Shown one piece after another: positions 1 to 12,939 of a DNA stretch of 64,000 bases. Origin of the DNA: Octopus sinensis (taxonomy: Eukaryota); contig NC_043002.1 of assembly GCF_006345805.1 (NCBI RefSeq), positions 28,582,001 to 28,646,000 of the forward strand. Reading direction: 5' to 3'. The notes beneath the pieces are model-generated. The model did no database searches and was not told the DNA's origin. It worked only from the letters and a program-made list of their open reading frames with translations. Position numbers and translations under genes: made by a program. Positions within the stretch are counted from its first letter, which is position 1; every line of letters begins with the position of its first letter.

Positions 1-480
1 AAGAATTCCCTACCTATATTTGTTTTTACGGCCACATTTGAAAGCTGGGTTAAACCATAAAATCTTCCTGGTCCTAGTTTTACGTGTAGCATTACTGCTA
101 GCGTTAAGTTGGTTATACTAGATCTCAGAGAATCCACTATTCCTTAATGCGCTATTGTAATAAGGTGCGGCATTTTGGAATGCTGCCTCATCCGAAGAAA
201 TTGACGATATTCGTCTATCTACATTACTGACAAAGTTCCTAAAAATAACTGGCGGATGATTGGATTCTTTGCTAATATAAGATAGTTTATCATTAGGCTT
301 AAGGTAAGGTTTGAATTTATTCGACTGTAAATCTAAATTTACATCTCAAAAATCTACACTTTTAAGGTTAGAATCTATCGTAATCCGTAAGCCCATCCTT
401 TGGAAGAAAGCCATTAGATCCTTCCTAATCTTGTCTAATTTATGGCCATTTAAATTATGGATAACTATAAGGCCCTTACT
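1..480 (-). mobile_element. Penelope-like retroelement RT fragment (decayed)
   Basis: Reverse translation gives GLIVIHNLNGHKLDKIRKDLMAFFQRMGLRITIDSNLKSVDF*DVNLDLQSNKFKPYLKPNDKLSYISKESNHPPVIF...FQNAAPYYNSALRNSGF...ILWFNP. These are typical PLE RT C-terminal/thumb motifs (FLD, SNHPP, WFNP). One in-frame stop. Confidence 0.85.
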
Positions 481-1051
481 TGTTTCCTTCACCAACTGTT
501 ACGTTTAAGATCCTTCCTTTCCTTTTTCTTTACCCCTCCCTACGTTTAAAAGATACTTCTCATCTAGCTTGCCTGTTATAACTTCTTTATGTATAAACCA
601 AGAGATGTTCGTATGCGAGCATGATTGCGTACATATATATATATATATACATCTGTATATGTGTATTTGTGCGTATATTTGTCTTACATATATATGCCTG
701 TATATGTATGTGGTCTGTGTGCATGCGTATGTATATTTTGATCTATATATATAGATGGTCTAGTATGTGTATAAACTGTTCTAAAATATTTATGTAACGC
801 AGCGTGAAAATTTTAATTTTAATGTGTTAATTGAATTATATTTCGTATATAATTATTTCCAATATATATTTTGAATCCACTCTTCGATTTAAGGTTTTCT
901 TCGATTTTTATAATAGGATGAATTTATATTCCATTTATTTTGTTTATTTTGTTCATTGCATGGACCAATTGAAAGGACCAATGAAACAAATCCATTTTTA
1001 AAGGTGTATCCTTTAACTAGTTTGGATCATATCGTTGTTTCTGTTCTATTT

Positions 1052-1106
1052 TAACAAAACTGTCCGACGAGCGAGAACGTGAAACTCTGAGTAACAGCTT
1101 TTGTTA
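1052..1106 (+). ncRNA. Type I hammerhead ribozyme motif (U4>C variant)
   Basis: taacaaaactgt-CCGACGA-gcg agaa cgt-GAAA-ctc t gag-TA-acagcttttgtta. Long stem I, short stem II, near-palindromic stem III; core differs from CUGANGA at one base. Confidence 0.75.
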
Positions 1107-1218
1107 TATTTCAGCTGCTTTTAAATGAAGCATATTACTTTACCTCTGGTATTTGAGTACTCTTCTTTCCACCTTGTTTCACATTTATGTGCTTACTCCG
1201 GTATATATATATACCAAA

Positions 1219-1460
1219 ATGACACACGAGTTTCAGTTGCACAAGATCTCCTTGAATGGGTTGAGAACGATGAAAACTTTTTGAAAACTTTGCAGATACC
1301 GCCAAGCTTTTGGCAAAATTTGATGCAGATTCTCTGCTCGACATTCTTCGTCATAGTCAATGCAACGATCACACGCTACACACGTTCCTTCCAAGCACTG
1401 TTGTAAGCAGCAGACGTGAGCTAGAATGTTAAAACTTTGTGCGCAGGCACAGCAGAGATA
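1219..1460. mobile_element. Rearranged mariner fragments (internal piece on +, 5' end on -)
   Basis: + strand DTRVSVAQDLLEWVENDENFLKT is followed by the reverse complement of a mariner 5' region (MTKNVEQRICIKFCQKLG) that matches 16005-16170. Confidence 0.7.
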
Positions 1461-1579
1461 AAGATCAATCTTTGCTAAACGGCTTTACTCTCCATGCTTT
1501 AGCTTCGTTACTATGGCAACAAATCCATATACTTATGGATCAGACTTATGGATCAGACTTATGGATCAGACCACATATA

Positions 1580-1619
1580 TGCTTAAATATTCATATTCAT
1601 ATATATATATGTATATATA

Positions 1620-1675
<56 letters not shown>

Positions 1676-1794
1676 CATATATATGTATATATACATATAT
1701 ATGTACATATACATACATATTCATATATACATATATTAATATATAAATACATATATATATATACATATTAATATACATGTATATTAATATATAA

Positions 1795-1839
<45 letters not shown>

Positions 1840-2559
1840 AGCATTATGTATGCAGTTATTTATGCATATATGTGTGTGTGTGTCTGTCTGTGTGCGTGTG
1901 TATATCAAGTGTTGAGCAGACACAACACAACAAAGAGAGAAAGTTAGACGAAAGCAGAACAAACAGGAAACTAGACATATGTGTGTGTGTGTGTATGAGC
2001 GAGCGTGTGTGTGTGTGTATGTGCGTGTGTGTGTGTGTCTGTGTCTGTGTGTCTGTGTGTGTGTCTATGTGAATGATACTTTCCTACATCAGTCAATTTT
2101 AGAAAAAGAAAAATACATAATTAAAAAATTTCATTCACTCAAAAAACTAAGGGATTACGGGAATTATTAGCTATAAATGGAACTCTGCTGTCTCTGGTAA
2201 TCTTTCATTGTGCCTTATTCTTATCGTCTTCCTTATTCTATTTATCTTCGGGTTTACTTATTGTCTCATTATGAACATCACTTTTAGTTCTTATATATTA
2301 TTAATGTTGCTGCGTTACGCTTGTTGTTGTTGTTGTTGTTGTTACTGCAGCTGTAGATATTTTAATAGAATATACTTGATGGGTTTGGCGTGCCAGCAAT
2401 AATTATGGCGAGGCGAATAAGTGTTTGTGCAGGTAATAATGCTATTAACAGTTTGTGTTGTAATTAGTGAAAACGTGAAAACGTAGGTAAATCAACTCAC
2501 CAAGTCCCGGGAGTATTGTGACATTTTTAGTCATAGATTCTAAGAAAAGGTAATCAGAA

Positions 2560-2590
<31 letters not shown>

Positions 2591-2891
2591 GATACATACA
2601 TACATACAAACATGCATGCATGCATGCATACATTCATACATACATACATACATACATACATACATACATACATACATACATACGTACATAAATACATACA
2701 TGCATACATACATATATACATGCATGGATACATACATACACGGATATTTATGCATGCAAAATATACATGTATATGAACATATACATACATATGTGCGAGT
2801 ACGCGTGCATGTGTGTATATGTGTGTGGAAGTGTATATATATATACATATATATATATAGATATACAAGTACGTATATATATGCATATACG

Positions 2892-2949
<58 letters not shown>

Positions 2950-2970
2950 TATATATATAATATATATATA

Positions 2971-3001
<31 letters not shown>

Positions 3002-3228
3002 CCATTCATATATGTACGAAGAAAAATGTAAAAATGTATACATATATATACATTCATACCTATGTATATAAAGGAACATGTGTATATATATATTTATTTA
3101 TATATATATATATATAATATATATATATATACATACACACACACGCACTCACAAACACACACACATACCACATATACATATATTTTGCACGTGGATCTTA
3201 GTGTATACATATTTATATGTACACATAA

Positions 3229-3280
<52 letters not shown>
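1580..3280. repeat. Microsatellite cluster (AT)n, (GT)n, (ATAC)n
   Basis: Directly visible; similar tracts occur throughout the window. Confidence 0.95.
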
Positions 3281-3282
<2 letters not shown>

Positions 3283-3484
3283 ATGTATATGTATATATAA
3301 AAGAGGTGAGGACTGAAATCCTTCAAAAGGATGTCAAACATCCAAGTCCGCCGGTGCAGTCCAAGTACATAATATATATAAAAATATATATTCAGTATTG
3401 CAAAAAGAATAAATGAAATATAAGAAAAGGAAAATTGTAGGTGCAGACGAACTTAAATTCATAATCTAGGTTGGTACAGAACAA

Positions 3485-3583
3485 ATGTACATTCTACATA
3501 TTGTTTCGGAGTCTAATTAATTCCAAAGACAAAAACGAAAAAATTTCATGAAGTAAAAGTAGATTCTTCGTCAGGAATTACAT
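3485..3583 (-). ncRNA. Type I hammerhead ribozyme with extended stem II (copy 1)
   Basis: Minus strand: atgtaattc-CTGACGA-agaatcta...tagactcc-GAAA-ca ata tg-TA-gaatgtacat. Core intact; two mismatches in stem II. Confidence 0.7.
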
Positions 3584-4003
3584 ACTGGTATGAATGATTA
3601 CGACCAACAAAAATATTCAAAGACCTTTTATAGCCCAGACGGAAACGAACAAACAATTTGTAGAATGTATATTGGTTTTGAACCAACTTGGATTGACAGT
3701 TTGATGACAGTGAGAAAATCGAAACTTCAAAGCCACAGTCAACCTTTGTTTTATAAAAATTAATGCGTATGTATTCTATTAAAAAGTAATAATAGTTCGA
3801 CTTAATGATGAGTTGTTTTCATATATAACATAAAAATAAATATTAGATTATATACATGTATACATATACACACATACTTATACTTAGTTGTCTTATATGC
3901 ATGCGGTATATATATGTAGGTGTGTATTTATATGTGTATATACATATACATACACACACACTACACACACACACACACACACACACACACCACACACACA
4001 CAC

Positions 4004-4050
<47 letters not shown>

Positions 4051-4254
4051 ATGTATATGTATATATAAAAGAGGTGAGGACTGAAATCCTTCAAAAGGAT
4101 GTCAAACATCCAAGTCCGCCGGTGCAGTCCAAGTACATAATATATATAAAAATATATATTCAGTATTTGCAAAAACAATAAATGAAATATAAGAAAAGGA
4201 AAAATTGTAGGTGCAGACGAACTTAAATTCATAATCTAGGTTGGTACAGAACAA

Positions 4255-4353
4255 ATGTACATTCTACATATTGTTTCGGAGTCTAATTAATTCCAAAGAC
4301 AAAAACGAAAAAATTTCATGAAGTAAAAGTAGATTCTTCGTCAGGAATTACAT
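4255..4353 (-). ncRNA. Type I hammerhead ribozyme with extended stem II (copy 2)
   Basis: Same motif in the second tandem unit. Confidence 0.7.
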
Positions 4354-4731
4354 ACTGGTATGAATGATTACGACCAACAAAAATATTCAAAGACCTTTTA
4401 TAGCCCAGACGGAAACGAACAAACAATTTGTAGAATGTATATTGGTTTTGAACCAACTTGGATTGACAGTTTGATGACAGTGAGAAAATCGAAACTTCAA
4501 CCACAGTCAACCTTTGTTTTATAAAAATTAATGCGTATGTATTCTATTAAAAAGTAATAATAGTTCGACTTAATGATGAGTTGTTTTCATATATAACATA
4601 AAAATAAATATTAGATTATATACATGTATATATACACACATACTTATACTTAGTTGTCTTATATGCATGCGGTATATATATGTAGGTGTGTATTTATATG
4701 TGTATATACATATACATACACACACACTTAA

Positions 4732-4816
<85 letters not shown>

Positions 4817-4820
<4 letters not shown>

Positions 4821-5969
4821 GCAGAAGGGCCCGGTTTCACTCGGGTTGTAAACTCATAGCCTTAACACAGTATTGCTTGTAGTGTAAGATTAGTGTATTT
4901 CTCAGAAATTAATACTTTTAACACTCAAATGGTTCATTTGACAGAGGTAGTAGAGAGCCAATCCGATGATAAATCTGCCGTTAGATCTTGAAAGTTTGCA
5001 TGAATCCTGGCTCAGTTATTTCTTTTGTGGCTCTGAATGATGTCATTTGCAGTGCAGCGTTGTATCGTTTGTTTTGGGAGTCCGTATAATCTTGGTCAGC
5101 TGATGACAACAATTTCTCCAATGGCTCTAGAGGCTGGAGCATTGCAGAGAGTTCAACCTTTCCACCGCAGCAGCACAGTTCAGGTATCTCTCCAGGCCAC
5201 TTCTTTGCTTTACAGTTGTAAACTTTAGTGCCATCTGCCTAATTAACTGCTGGATCATAGTTTAAAGCTGCTTCATAGAAGTTGCTTCTCTGAGCTGATG
5301 TAACTACTCTTCCTTCTGCAGTGGAGATCCTACGCCTTGTCAGGCGTGCATACCTCTATTCAGCACTTAGAGATGCCCGAGCAACATAATTTTTTTTTAT
5401 GCACAGCTCTAGCCTCATTCTCAGATGCTCTGGCTGTAGTAGTGCACAGTTCGTTTCTTTCTTTGTATGCTTTCCTTTTTTTTTCAGCTGTATCTCTTTC
5501 CATCGACAGAGACATTCCTTTGGCTGACCTTGACACTGGAGACAAATTTGACACGTTCCTTCTAGGCATGCTTATTTACTCATACACAAATATACCGATA
5601 CAGAAGATTGTAAACAATGAAAAATAGCTGTAATAATTTATTTGGTGCCAGAAATCGTTAAAACGGTAAACGCTAGCAAGAATGGTTGAGACAGAATAAA
5701 GAGAGAATGATAGAGTAAGAGATAGAAAGAGAGGAAGTACAATGAGAAGTTAAATAGGGAATGCGCTACCCAAATATTGAAAATAGATATTTGTAAAATC
5801 GAAAGAAGTTGAGTTAGTGATAGAGTAAGGAAGGAAGAGGGTGAGAGAGAGAGAGTGAATAAGAAAGAGGAGTGAAAGAGTGAAGAAGGAAAAGGAGAGA
5901 GAGTGAAGGAAGAGGTGTGAGAGAGTGAAGAAGGAAGAGTGAGAGAAAGTACATTTAGTAAAGAAGTAA

Positions 5970-6003
<34 letters not shown>

Positions 6004-6952
6004 TAATATTATTTATTTTTAATAAAAAATAAATCAAGACCACATTATTGAGTCTCAGATCAATTTATTCCTGCACCCCAAATATGGTACTAATTCGTGC
6101 AGCCATTTTCGCGTGAAAAATGAACACACACATGGCAAGGTAGCTGGCTAGGTAGGTAGGTAGGTAGGTAGGTAGGTAGGTAGGTAGGTAGGTAGGTAGG
6201 TAGGTAGGTAGGTAGGTAGGTAGGTAGGTAGGCAGGCAGATAGATAGAGATTTGAGAGAGGAGAGAGAAAAAAATTTAGATAGATAGTAACAGAAATCCT
6301 AAGAAGAAAGACATTAAAACGTAGTTCCAACACACACAAAATGTTTTATGAGGAACGTGAAGAGTAAGAGTTTCAAGCTAGAAATATAAAGGAGCTGTGA
6401 CATTCACGTATTTCCCCAGGAACCAAAAGAATAATGCGGCTGAAATGAAATAGAAACGGTTAAAATGTAAGTATTCATCAACGGTGTATTGTATACACAC
6501 CTGTGTGTGCGTAGCTAGCCACAGTTGCTACGTCAGACATACTTGTGATTGTCAAGCTAGCCGCAGTTGCTACGTCAGTACTAGAAGTTGACATGGAAGA
6601 ACCTTCTTAAAGAAGCCAATCTTATATAAAGCAATATTATTTATTTAAAAAAAAAATCAAAACCATATTATTGTATCTCAGGTTCATTTGACAGAGGTAG
6701 TAGTTAGCCAATCCGATGATAAATCTGCCCTTGGATCTTGAAAGTTTGCATGAATCCTGGCTCAGTTATTTCTTTTGTGGCTCCGAATGATGTCACCTGT
6801 AGTGAAGCATTGTATTGTTTTGGAAGTGTTTAGAATATTGGTCAGCTGATGACAACAGTTTCTTCAATTGCTCTGGAGGAACCAATTCGTGTAGCCGTTT
6901 TCGTGTGAAAAGCGAACACACACACAGAGGTCTATTTTATATATATATAAGA
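4817..6952 (-). mobile_element. Defective Helitron with duplicated internal modules
   Basis: 5' TC end near 6952 (tcttatatatatataaaatag); 3' hairpin cccgagtgaaaccggg near 4831-4846 with a degraded CTAG. Carries a RepHel N-terminal remnant; 4931-5135 is repeated at 6681-6878. Confidence 0.7.
4932..5569 (-). pseudogene. Helitron Rep/helicase N-terminal pseudogene
   Basis: MPRRNVSNLSPVSRSAK..., then NCKAKKWPGEIPELCCCGGKV and RYNAALQMTSFRATKEITEPGFMQTFKI*RQIYHRIGSLLP, matching Helitron N-terminal motifs (YNSAFQMTSFG, QGQVYHRIGSLLP). Frameshifts and stops present. Confidence 0.85.
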
Positions 6953-7321
6953 TATATGGCTTTTTCCAAACGAACGATACCGAAGATTATCCAAACGCTC
7001 AATACCAAATGATGATATTGGGTAAAAAGTTGTGATGAAAATATCCCAGAAGATCAAATATAAAGGTACTTGATCAATGGTTAATAAGGTGGAAGTGAGC
7101 TTACGCACTTTAAAAAGTTAGCGGTGTAGAAGTTGAAAGAAGTTGATAAGAAGCAAAGAGTGATACGAGAGTGCTGAAGAATGTATATAATATATACATA
7201 ACTTTATAAAACAAGAAGATTGAATGAAGAAGTTTTAATCACAAATAAAAACATATACTCACCTGATGACGTGCGAGTACACAGCTATTGCTGGATCATA
7301 TATATATATATGTATATATAA

Positions 7322-7720
7322 CTAGCGGTATCGCCCGGCGTTGCTCGGGTTTGTAAGGGAAATAACTATATAAGCATTTTTAGAGATGTAAATTATAATA
7401 GCCATCTCAATATGGCTAACCACCAAGGGAGGGGGGTGTTACTGTGGCTTTTTACGTTCTGAGATTTAATAATAAATTTTTAGAGAGTTACTTCCCTTAT
7501 ATATGCCAAAAATGCATTAAAAATGGGAAAAATTGATGGTAAATTATTTTTAAAATCGTAGACTCATCGTAGACGCGCACTAATACCCAGAAGGGCTCCA
7601 TATGAATCACGACTATAAGATACCCGGTTTTGGTTAAACTGCACCGCAAAATGTGGGAGTAGTTAGGAATCTAAATCGTAGGAGACAGACAGCACACAAC
7701 CTCACTTTTATATATAAAGA
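7322..7720 (-). mobile_element. Non-autonomous Helitron
   Basis: A|TC 5' end, 3' hairpin cccgagcaacgccggg followed by CTAG|T; homologous to 27818-28115. Confidence 0.85.
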
Positions 7721-7984
7721 TTTATAAAATAAAATGTACAATTTAAAAAACTCAACAACAAACGGCTGTTGCTAATGCACAGAAACAATTGCTGCGATTT
7801 GTGATTAAAGCCGGTTCATTGCATCCTCTTGTTTTATAAATTTTTATCCGAATCTGCATGTTTTAACGGATCTCAACGTTCATATACAGTAAAAGGAGTA
7901 TTCCTTCTGAATGACGGCACATAGCAGCCGTTATAAGATTATTACGCAAATGAAGTTATATATATATATATATATATATTGTAT

Positions 7985-8160
7985 CTTTTATCTTTTACTT
8001 CTTTCAGTCATTAGACTGTGGCCATGTTGGAGCACCACCTTGAAAAAAATTTAGTTGAATGAATCGACCCCAATACTTAAATTTCTTTTAAGTCCTGGAA
8101 CTTTATCGGGATGTTTTGCGGAACCTCCGATTTACGGGGACATAAGCACACCACCGTCGG
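7985..8160 (-). mobile_element. SINE family A, 3' part
   Basis: Reverse complement of the 3' half of 8577-8998 (ggtggtgctcca...tgactgaaa...agtaaaaga tail). Confidence 0.7.
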
Positions 8161-8201
8161 TTATACGCACACACACACACACACACACACGCACACATAT
8201 A

Positions 8202-8253
<52 letters not shown>

Positions 8254-8576
8254 GAATAAATATATATATAACAGCTAGGCGCAATGTAATATCATAAAGT
8301 AAAATTTAATTGTCACTAAGTGTGACTAAGGCTGCCGAATCACATACTTTGTTAGAAATAAGAGTTAAAATACTCTTACTGCTGTTAGAAGAATGCATAT
8401 ACTGACAGAGTATACAGACACACATGCATATAGATATACATATATATGTGCGTATCTGTGTGCATGTGAATGCGTGCGTGCATGCATTCGTGTGTGCATA
8501 TACACATGAGTGTGTATACATATATATAAACCAAAAGGTGCAACGGAAAGCGCAACATGTTATGAAAAGTTAGATG

Positions 8577-8737
8577 TAGGAGTGGCTGTGTGGTAAGTAG
8601 CTTGCCTACCAACCTCATGGTTCCTGGTTCAGTCCCACCGCGTGGCACCTTGAGCAAGCTTCTTCTACTATAGCCTCGGGCCGACCAAAGCCTTGTGAGA
8701 GGATTTGGTAGACGGTAACTGAAAGAAGCCCGTTGTA

Positions 8738-8778
<41 letters not shown>

Positions 8779-8998
8779 GTGTATATGTTTGTGTGTCTGT
8801 GTTTGTCCCCCCAACATCGCTTGACAACTGATCCTGGTATGTTTACATCCCCGTAACTTAGCGGTTCGGCGAAAGAGAATAAGTACTAGGCTTACATTCA
8901 ATAAGTCCTGGGGTAGATTTGCTCGACTAAAGGTGGTGCTCCAGCATGACCACACTCAAATGACTGAAACAAGTAAAAGAGTAAATGAGTAAAAGAGC
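8577..8998 (+). mobile_element. tRNA-derived SINE family A
   Basis: A box tggctgtgtggtaag, B box ggttcagtccc, internal microsatellite, (agtaaaag)n tail; further copies at 18848, 15690 and 53955. Confidence 0.85.
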
Positions 8999-9974
8999 AA
9001 GGCAGATCGGTTCCACAATCCACTCGTATTTCTGACGTGGTTTCACAATCTTTATAACGTCAGATAGTCTTGTGTACGAAGTAGTATGTTCTATTAAAAA
9101 AAAAAAAAGGAACAGAGAAAACATTATCGGTGTTATACATAATGCATACGTTTGTCAATAATGCAGGTGAAGAACGTTGGCTGCAGTTGTCATGCAACGG
9201 GGCATTTAAATTCTTCTAATTGATCTTTTGCCGATCTTCTGAAACACGTGAACATTATATAAGCATAAACTCTTATTACCTTTTCTGTGTTTCTTTACAC
9301 AAATACACACACACACACACACATACACAGCACCACCACCACCACCACCACCACCACACATGCATGCATATGAAATTATAACATCATTAATTAAAAAATC
9401 ATCATTATCTTTGAAAAGTGAAACCGATAGACAACATATAGATTGCATTTCATACATAAAGTTTTATTAGAAAAATTTCAGTGCATTTCTCCCCTATCGT
9501 ATGTGTGTAGGCATATATATATGTATACTTATATATATATATATATATGTTCATATATACATGAATATATACATATATATATATGTACATATAAACATGA
9601 ATATATATATATACATATGTACATACATACAAGCATATATACATACATATACACATACATACACACATAAATACATTCATACATACATACATACATACAT
9701 ACATACATACATACATACATACATCATACATACATATATACATACATATATACATACATACATACACGCTATGCTACGTCATTTTCAGTGATCCGTTATT
9801 ATTGACTTCTAGCAGCATTGAATTTTTTAAAAAGCAGAACGAAATTTTAAGACTGTGAAGATCAAAGGAATTTTTTTTTCTGGCGACAAACCCATCATTT
9901 ACTCGACCACACAATATTTTTTAGAAAATTAAACAGAGGAAAAATACTTAAAATTTCTATAAATGCTATATACA

Positions 9975-10034
<60 letters not shown>

Positions 10035-10166
10035 CATATATATATCTACACACACATACATACATACATACATACATACTATATATATATTATATATATA
10101 CTTATATATATATAAGTATATATGTAGATATATAGATAGAACAGACAGACAGACAGACAGACAGAC

Positions 10167-10233
<67 letters not shown>

Positions 10234-10864
10234 CAGACAGATAGATACTGAACAAAAAATTTGTTTCAAAACATTAATTAGCAAAAGAATGGGTTTTCGT
10301 ATGTTTTTTAAGTTTCTTTCTTTTTATTTTATTTCATTTTATTTATTTATTTTTCTTGCACTGGGTTAAGGATCAGTTTTTGTTTGTTTGTTCGTTTGTT
10401 TTGGGGTTGTTGTTTTTTAGGGTTTTTTTGTTTGTTTGTCCTTTTTTTGTTGCTTTTATGTTCTTTTATGTCTTGAAATTGCAAATGTTGTTTTCGCAAT
10501 TTTTGTCAACTTTCATCAAGAAAGCAAAATAGTGAAGGTGCTTGTTATTGTCATTTTCTCGTGTGTAACGTAGTTTTGTCTTTGTATGATGAATGACTGG
10601 AGGAAAACCCGAATGGTGGGTGTGGGTGCTGGAGAGATAGTCAAAGGGGTAGATAGGTGAGGAAGATCATGTGTGATATTCCTTCTATGGGATTGATGGA
10701 TAAGAGAGGATGGGAAAGAGGATAAGAAATGGTTGTGCGCTTGTGTTATAGATAGCAGTGGCGGCGGCGGCGGCCGTGTCCATGACAGCAGCTGTGGTAG
10801 TGTTGGTGATTAATAGGGGTGGTAGTGAAGGTGATAGTGAGGATAGTAGTTGTGCTTGTGGCAA

Positions 10865-11150
10865 AGGATGAAAGGCAAAGCCGACCTCGACGGAATTTGA
10901 ACTCAGAACGTAAAGACAGACGAAATAGCGCTAAGCATTTCGCCCGGCGTGCTAACGTTTCTGTTCTGTAGTAACAATAATGCTGCAATGTGTATTTCTA
11001 CCGATTGTGCACATTCTTAGTTCAGATACCGTCGAAGTCAATTTTGCCTTTCACTTTTCCACGGTTGATAAAACAGAGTACTAGGGTGTATAACCAACTA
11101 ACCCACTTCTTTCAAATTTGCTCTCCATTCAACTGAATTTGAAAATATTA
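10865..11150. mobile_element. SINE family C fragments (head-to-head)
   Basis: aaggatgaaaggcaaagccgacctcgacggaatttgaactcagaacg (-) and a decayed + copy at about 11010-11150. Confidence 0.7.
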
Positions 11151-11379
11151 TTTTGAGTTCTTCTTCAACTTTTCTACCAAGTAGCATCGTTTAATTTTTA
11201 CTTTTGGCTGATATTTTTTATTTCATTCATTCATCTTTCAACAAATATAAGAATACAATCAGAACTAAACAGAAGAATAACGAAGGCAGGATTCTTTCAA
11301 AACTTCCTCTTTTCATAATGACAGGGTTAAGTTTTCTTTAACTTTATCTTATTTGTATAATTTTCCATTTTGACATATA

Positions 11380-11558
11380 CCGTATTTTAATGTGTATAGG
11401 GAAATCTTCTTTGTCAAAAATTAAGTTTAAAAATATGGGAGTTTCTTATACATGGATAGTATTATAATCCCTTACAAAACCTTTTTTTCCAAATTCTAAG
11501 CCCCCAAAATTAGGGGGTACCTTATACACGTGGGTTCCTTATACACGTTAAAATATTG
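11380..11558. mobile_element. pogo/Tc2-type MITE
   Basis: TA|ccgtattttaatgtgtatagg ... ccttatacacgttaaaatattg|TA imperfect TIRs, with repeated cttatacac subterminal motifs. Confidence 0.65.
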
Positions 11559-11699
11559 TATATTTGTATTTACATTTTCCATTTTGATATAAAGTAGTTG
11601 ACTCACCGCCTTAATATTAGACCCACAGCTTTTGTTGACTTAATTATTATTCTGGATGCGCTTTCTCTCTTCCTAAACTACGAAGAGGGAAAATATTTT

Positions 11700-12800
11700 A
11701 TGATTTTTAATAAAATATCTCAATTTATAAAATGTTTAATTCTAAGTTGTAGATTATATCATACTGGCGATTTCTAAAAAGAATGAAATAGTGTTATACA
11801 TGTTTTCCACCGACTAGAAATTTTAAGAACTTCCTAATAAGTTGACATAAAAATGAAATATATGAATTCTTTGCATCGTTTTCTTAATGATTTTAAAAAT
11901 TTCAAATTCAAATTTCTAATCCACCTCATGTTATGCTGCAATGGTTATCTACCTTGTATTAGATGCGACCACTGGGAAACCATATGTGTTTGTTGATGGT
12001 GGGTAATAAAGAATTACAGCATATGTGCTTGTTGAGATAGTATCTCCGATATCGAGGAGTGTGATATACTGTCAATGTCTCTTCGGTAATCAATCTTTGT
12101 CAATAATTAATGTTTATGTACGCTTGATGTTTTTATTTTTCTGCTGCTATATTCAATAAATACTTGATTTAGCAACAGCTGTTGATTACTTCCATATATA
12201 TATTTCTCCGACATTCTTTCTATTTCTCAACTAAGATATTATTTTCCACATCACATACTCTTGTATTGGAATGTATAAACATCAAGGCTTTGTATATTGT
12301 TGGTAAAAAATTATTACACTGCAGTCCTTAGGATACATATTTTTATCTGGAAAAATTAATATTTTCTCCTATTAACCAATTATGCATTGAGACTGGTTTC
12401 TGCAGATATTTATTGAACGTTACTGTTCATTTATCTTCAGATGTTAATTGTGTATTGATGTTAGAATGTTTTAATGTTTGGTTATTATTAAAGAAATGCT
12501 CATGTTTTTCAAAGGTAGTTTATAATATGATTTCCCCAAGATCAGATATGCTGTTTGTTTGTCACTTCGTAGTACTCTTTTTTTTTCTTTTTTCCCTTCA
12601 TACTATATTTCTTTGATATTTTATTCCGGTTTTTCTTTCACATATGATTTCTTCACCGCTATTTCGTTGGACAACGATAATGATTTTTCTTTTATCAGTT
12701 TTCTTTAATATAATTATTTCCCATAGTGTTTGTAGATGCAGATGAGGGATTAAAATATGGTCCATTAAGCTAGTGGTTTGTCCCCAGGATTCCGTCTTCG
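11700..12800 (-). mobile_element. Possible highly decayed Penelope-like RT remnant
   Basis: Only weak motif echoes (GPYFNPS, MYPKDCSVIIFY, YGFPVVASN); many stops. Confidence 0.3.
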
Positions 12801-12939
12801 AGAATTCCAGAATCCATCTCCAAATCTCCACGAATAACAACGTTGTTGGTTATGTAACTAGTAAGACAAACGGAATGTAATAAAAACGATGATAGTCATA
12901 GAGGCAGTATGAGGGTGAAAATTGTTTCAGGCACAATGC

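Larger units (their letters stand above)
3230..4818. repeat. Near-identical ~770-bp tandem duplication of a PLE terminal-repeat-like unit
   Basis: gaggtgaggactgaaatcc... at 3303 and 4071; units are bounded by (AC)n/(AT)n and each contains a hammerhead motif. Confidence 0.9.

Noticed and set aside
1530-1572. Short direct repeats (14 bp x3; also 15565 and 30142) as CRISPR-like arrays
   Set aside because: No spacers, eukaryotic context; ordinary minisatellites.
8577-8650. tRNA genes at SINE heads
   Set aside because: Only A/B boxes without a cloverleaf, continuing into a repeated SINE body.
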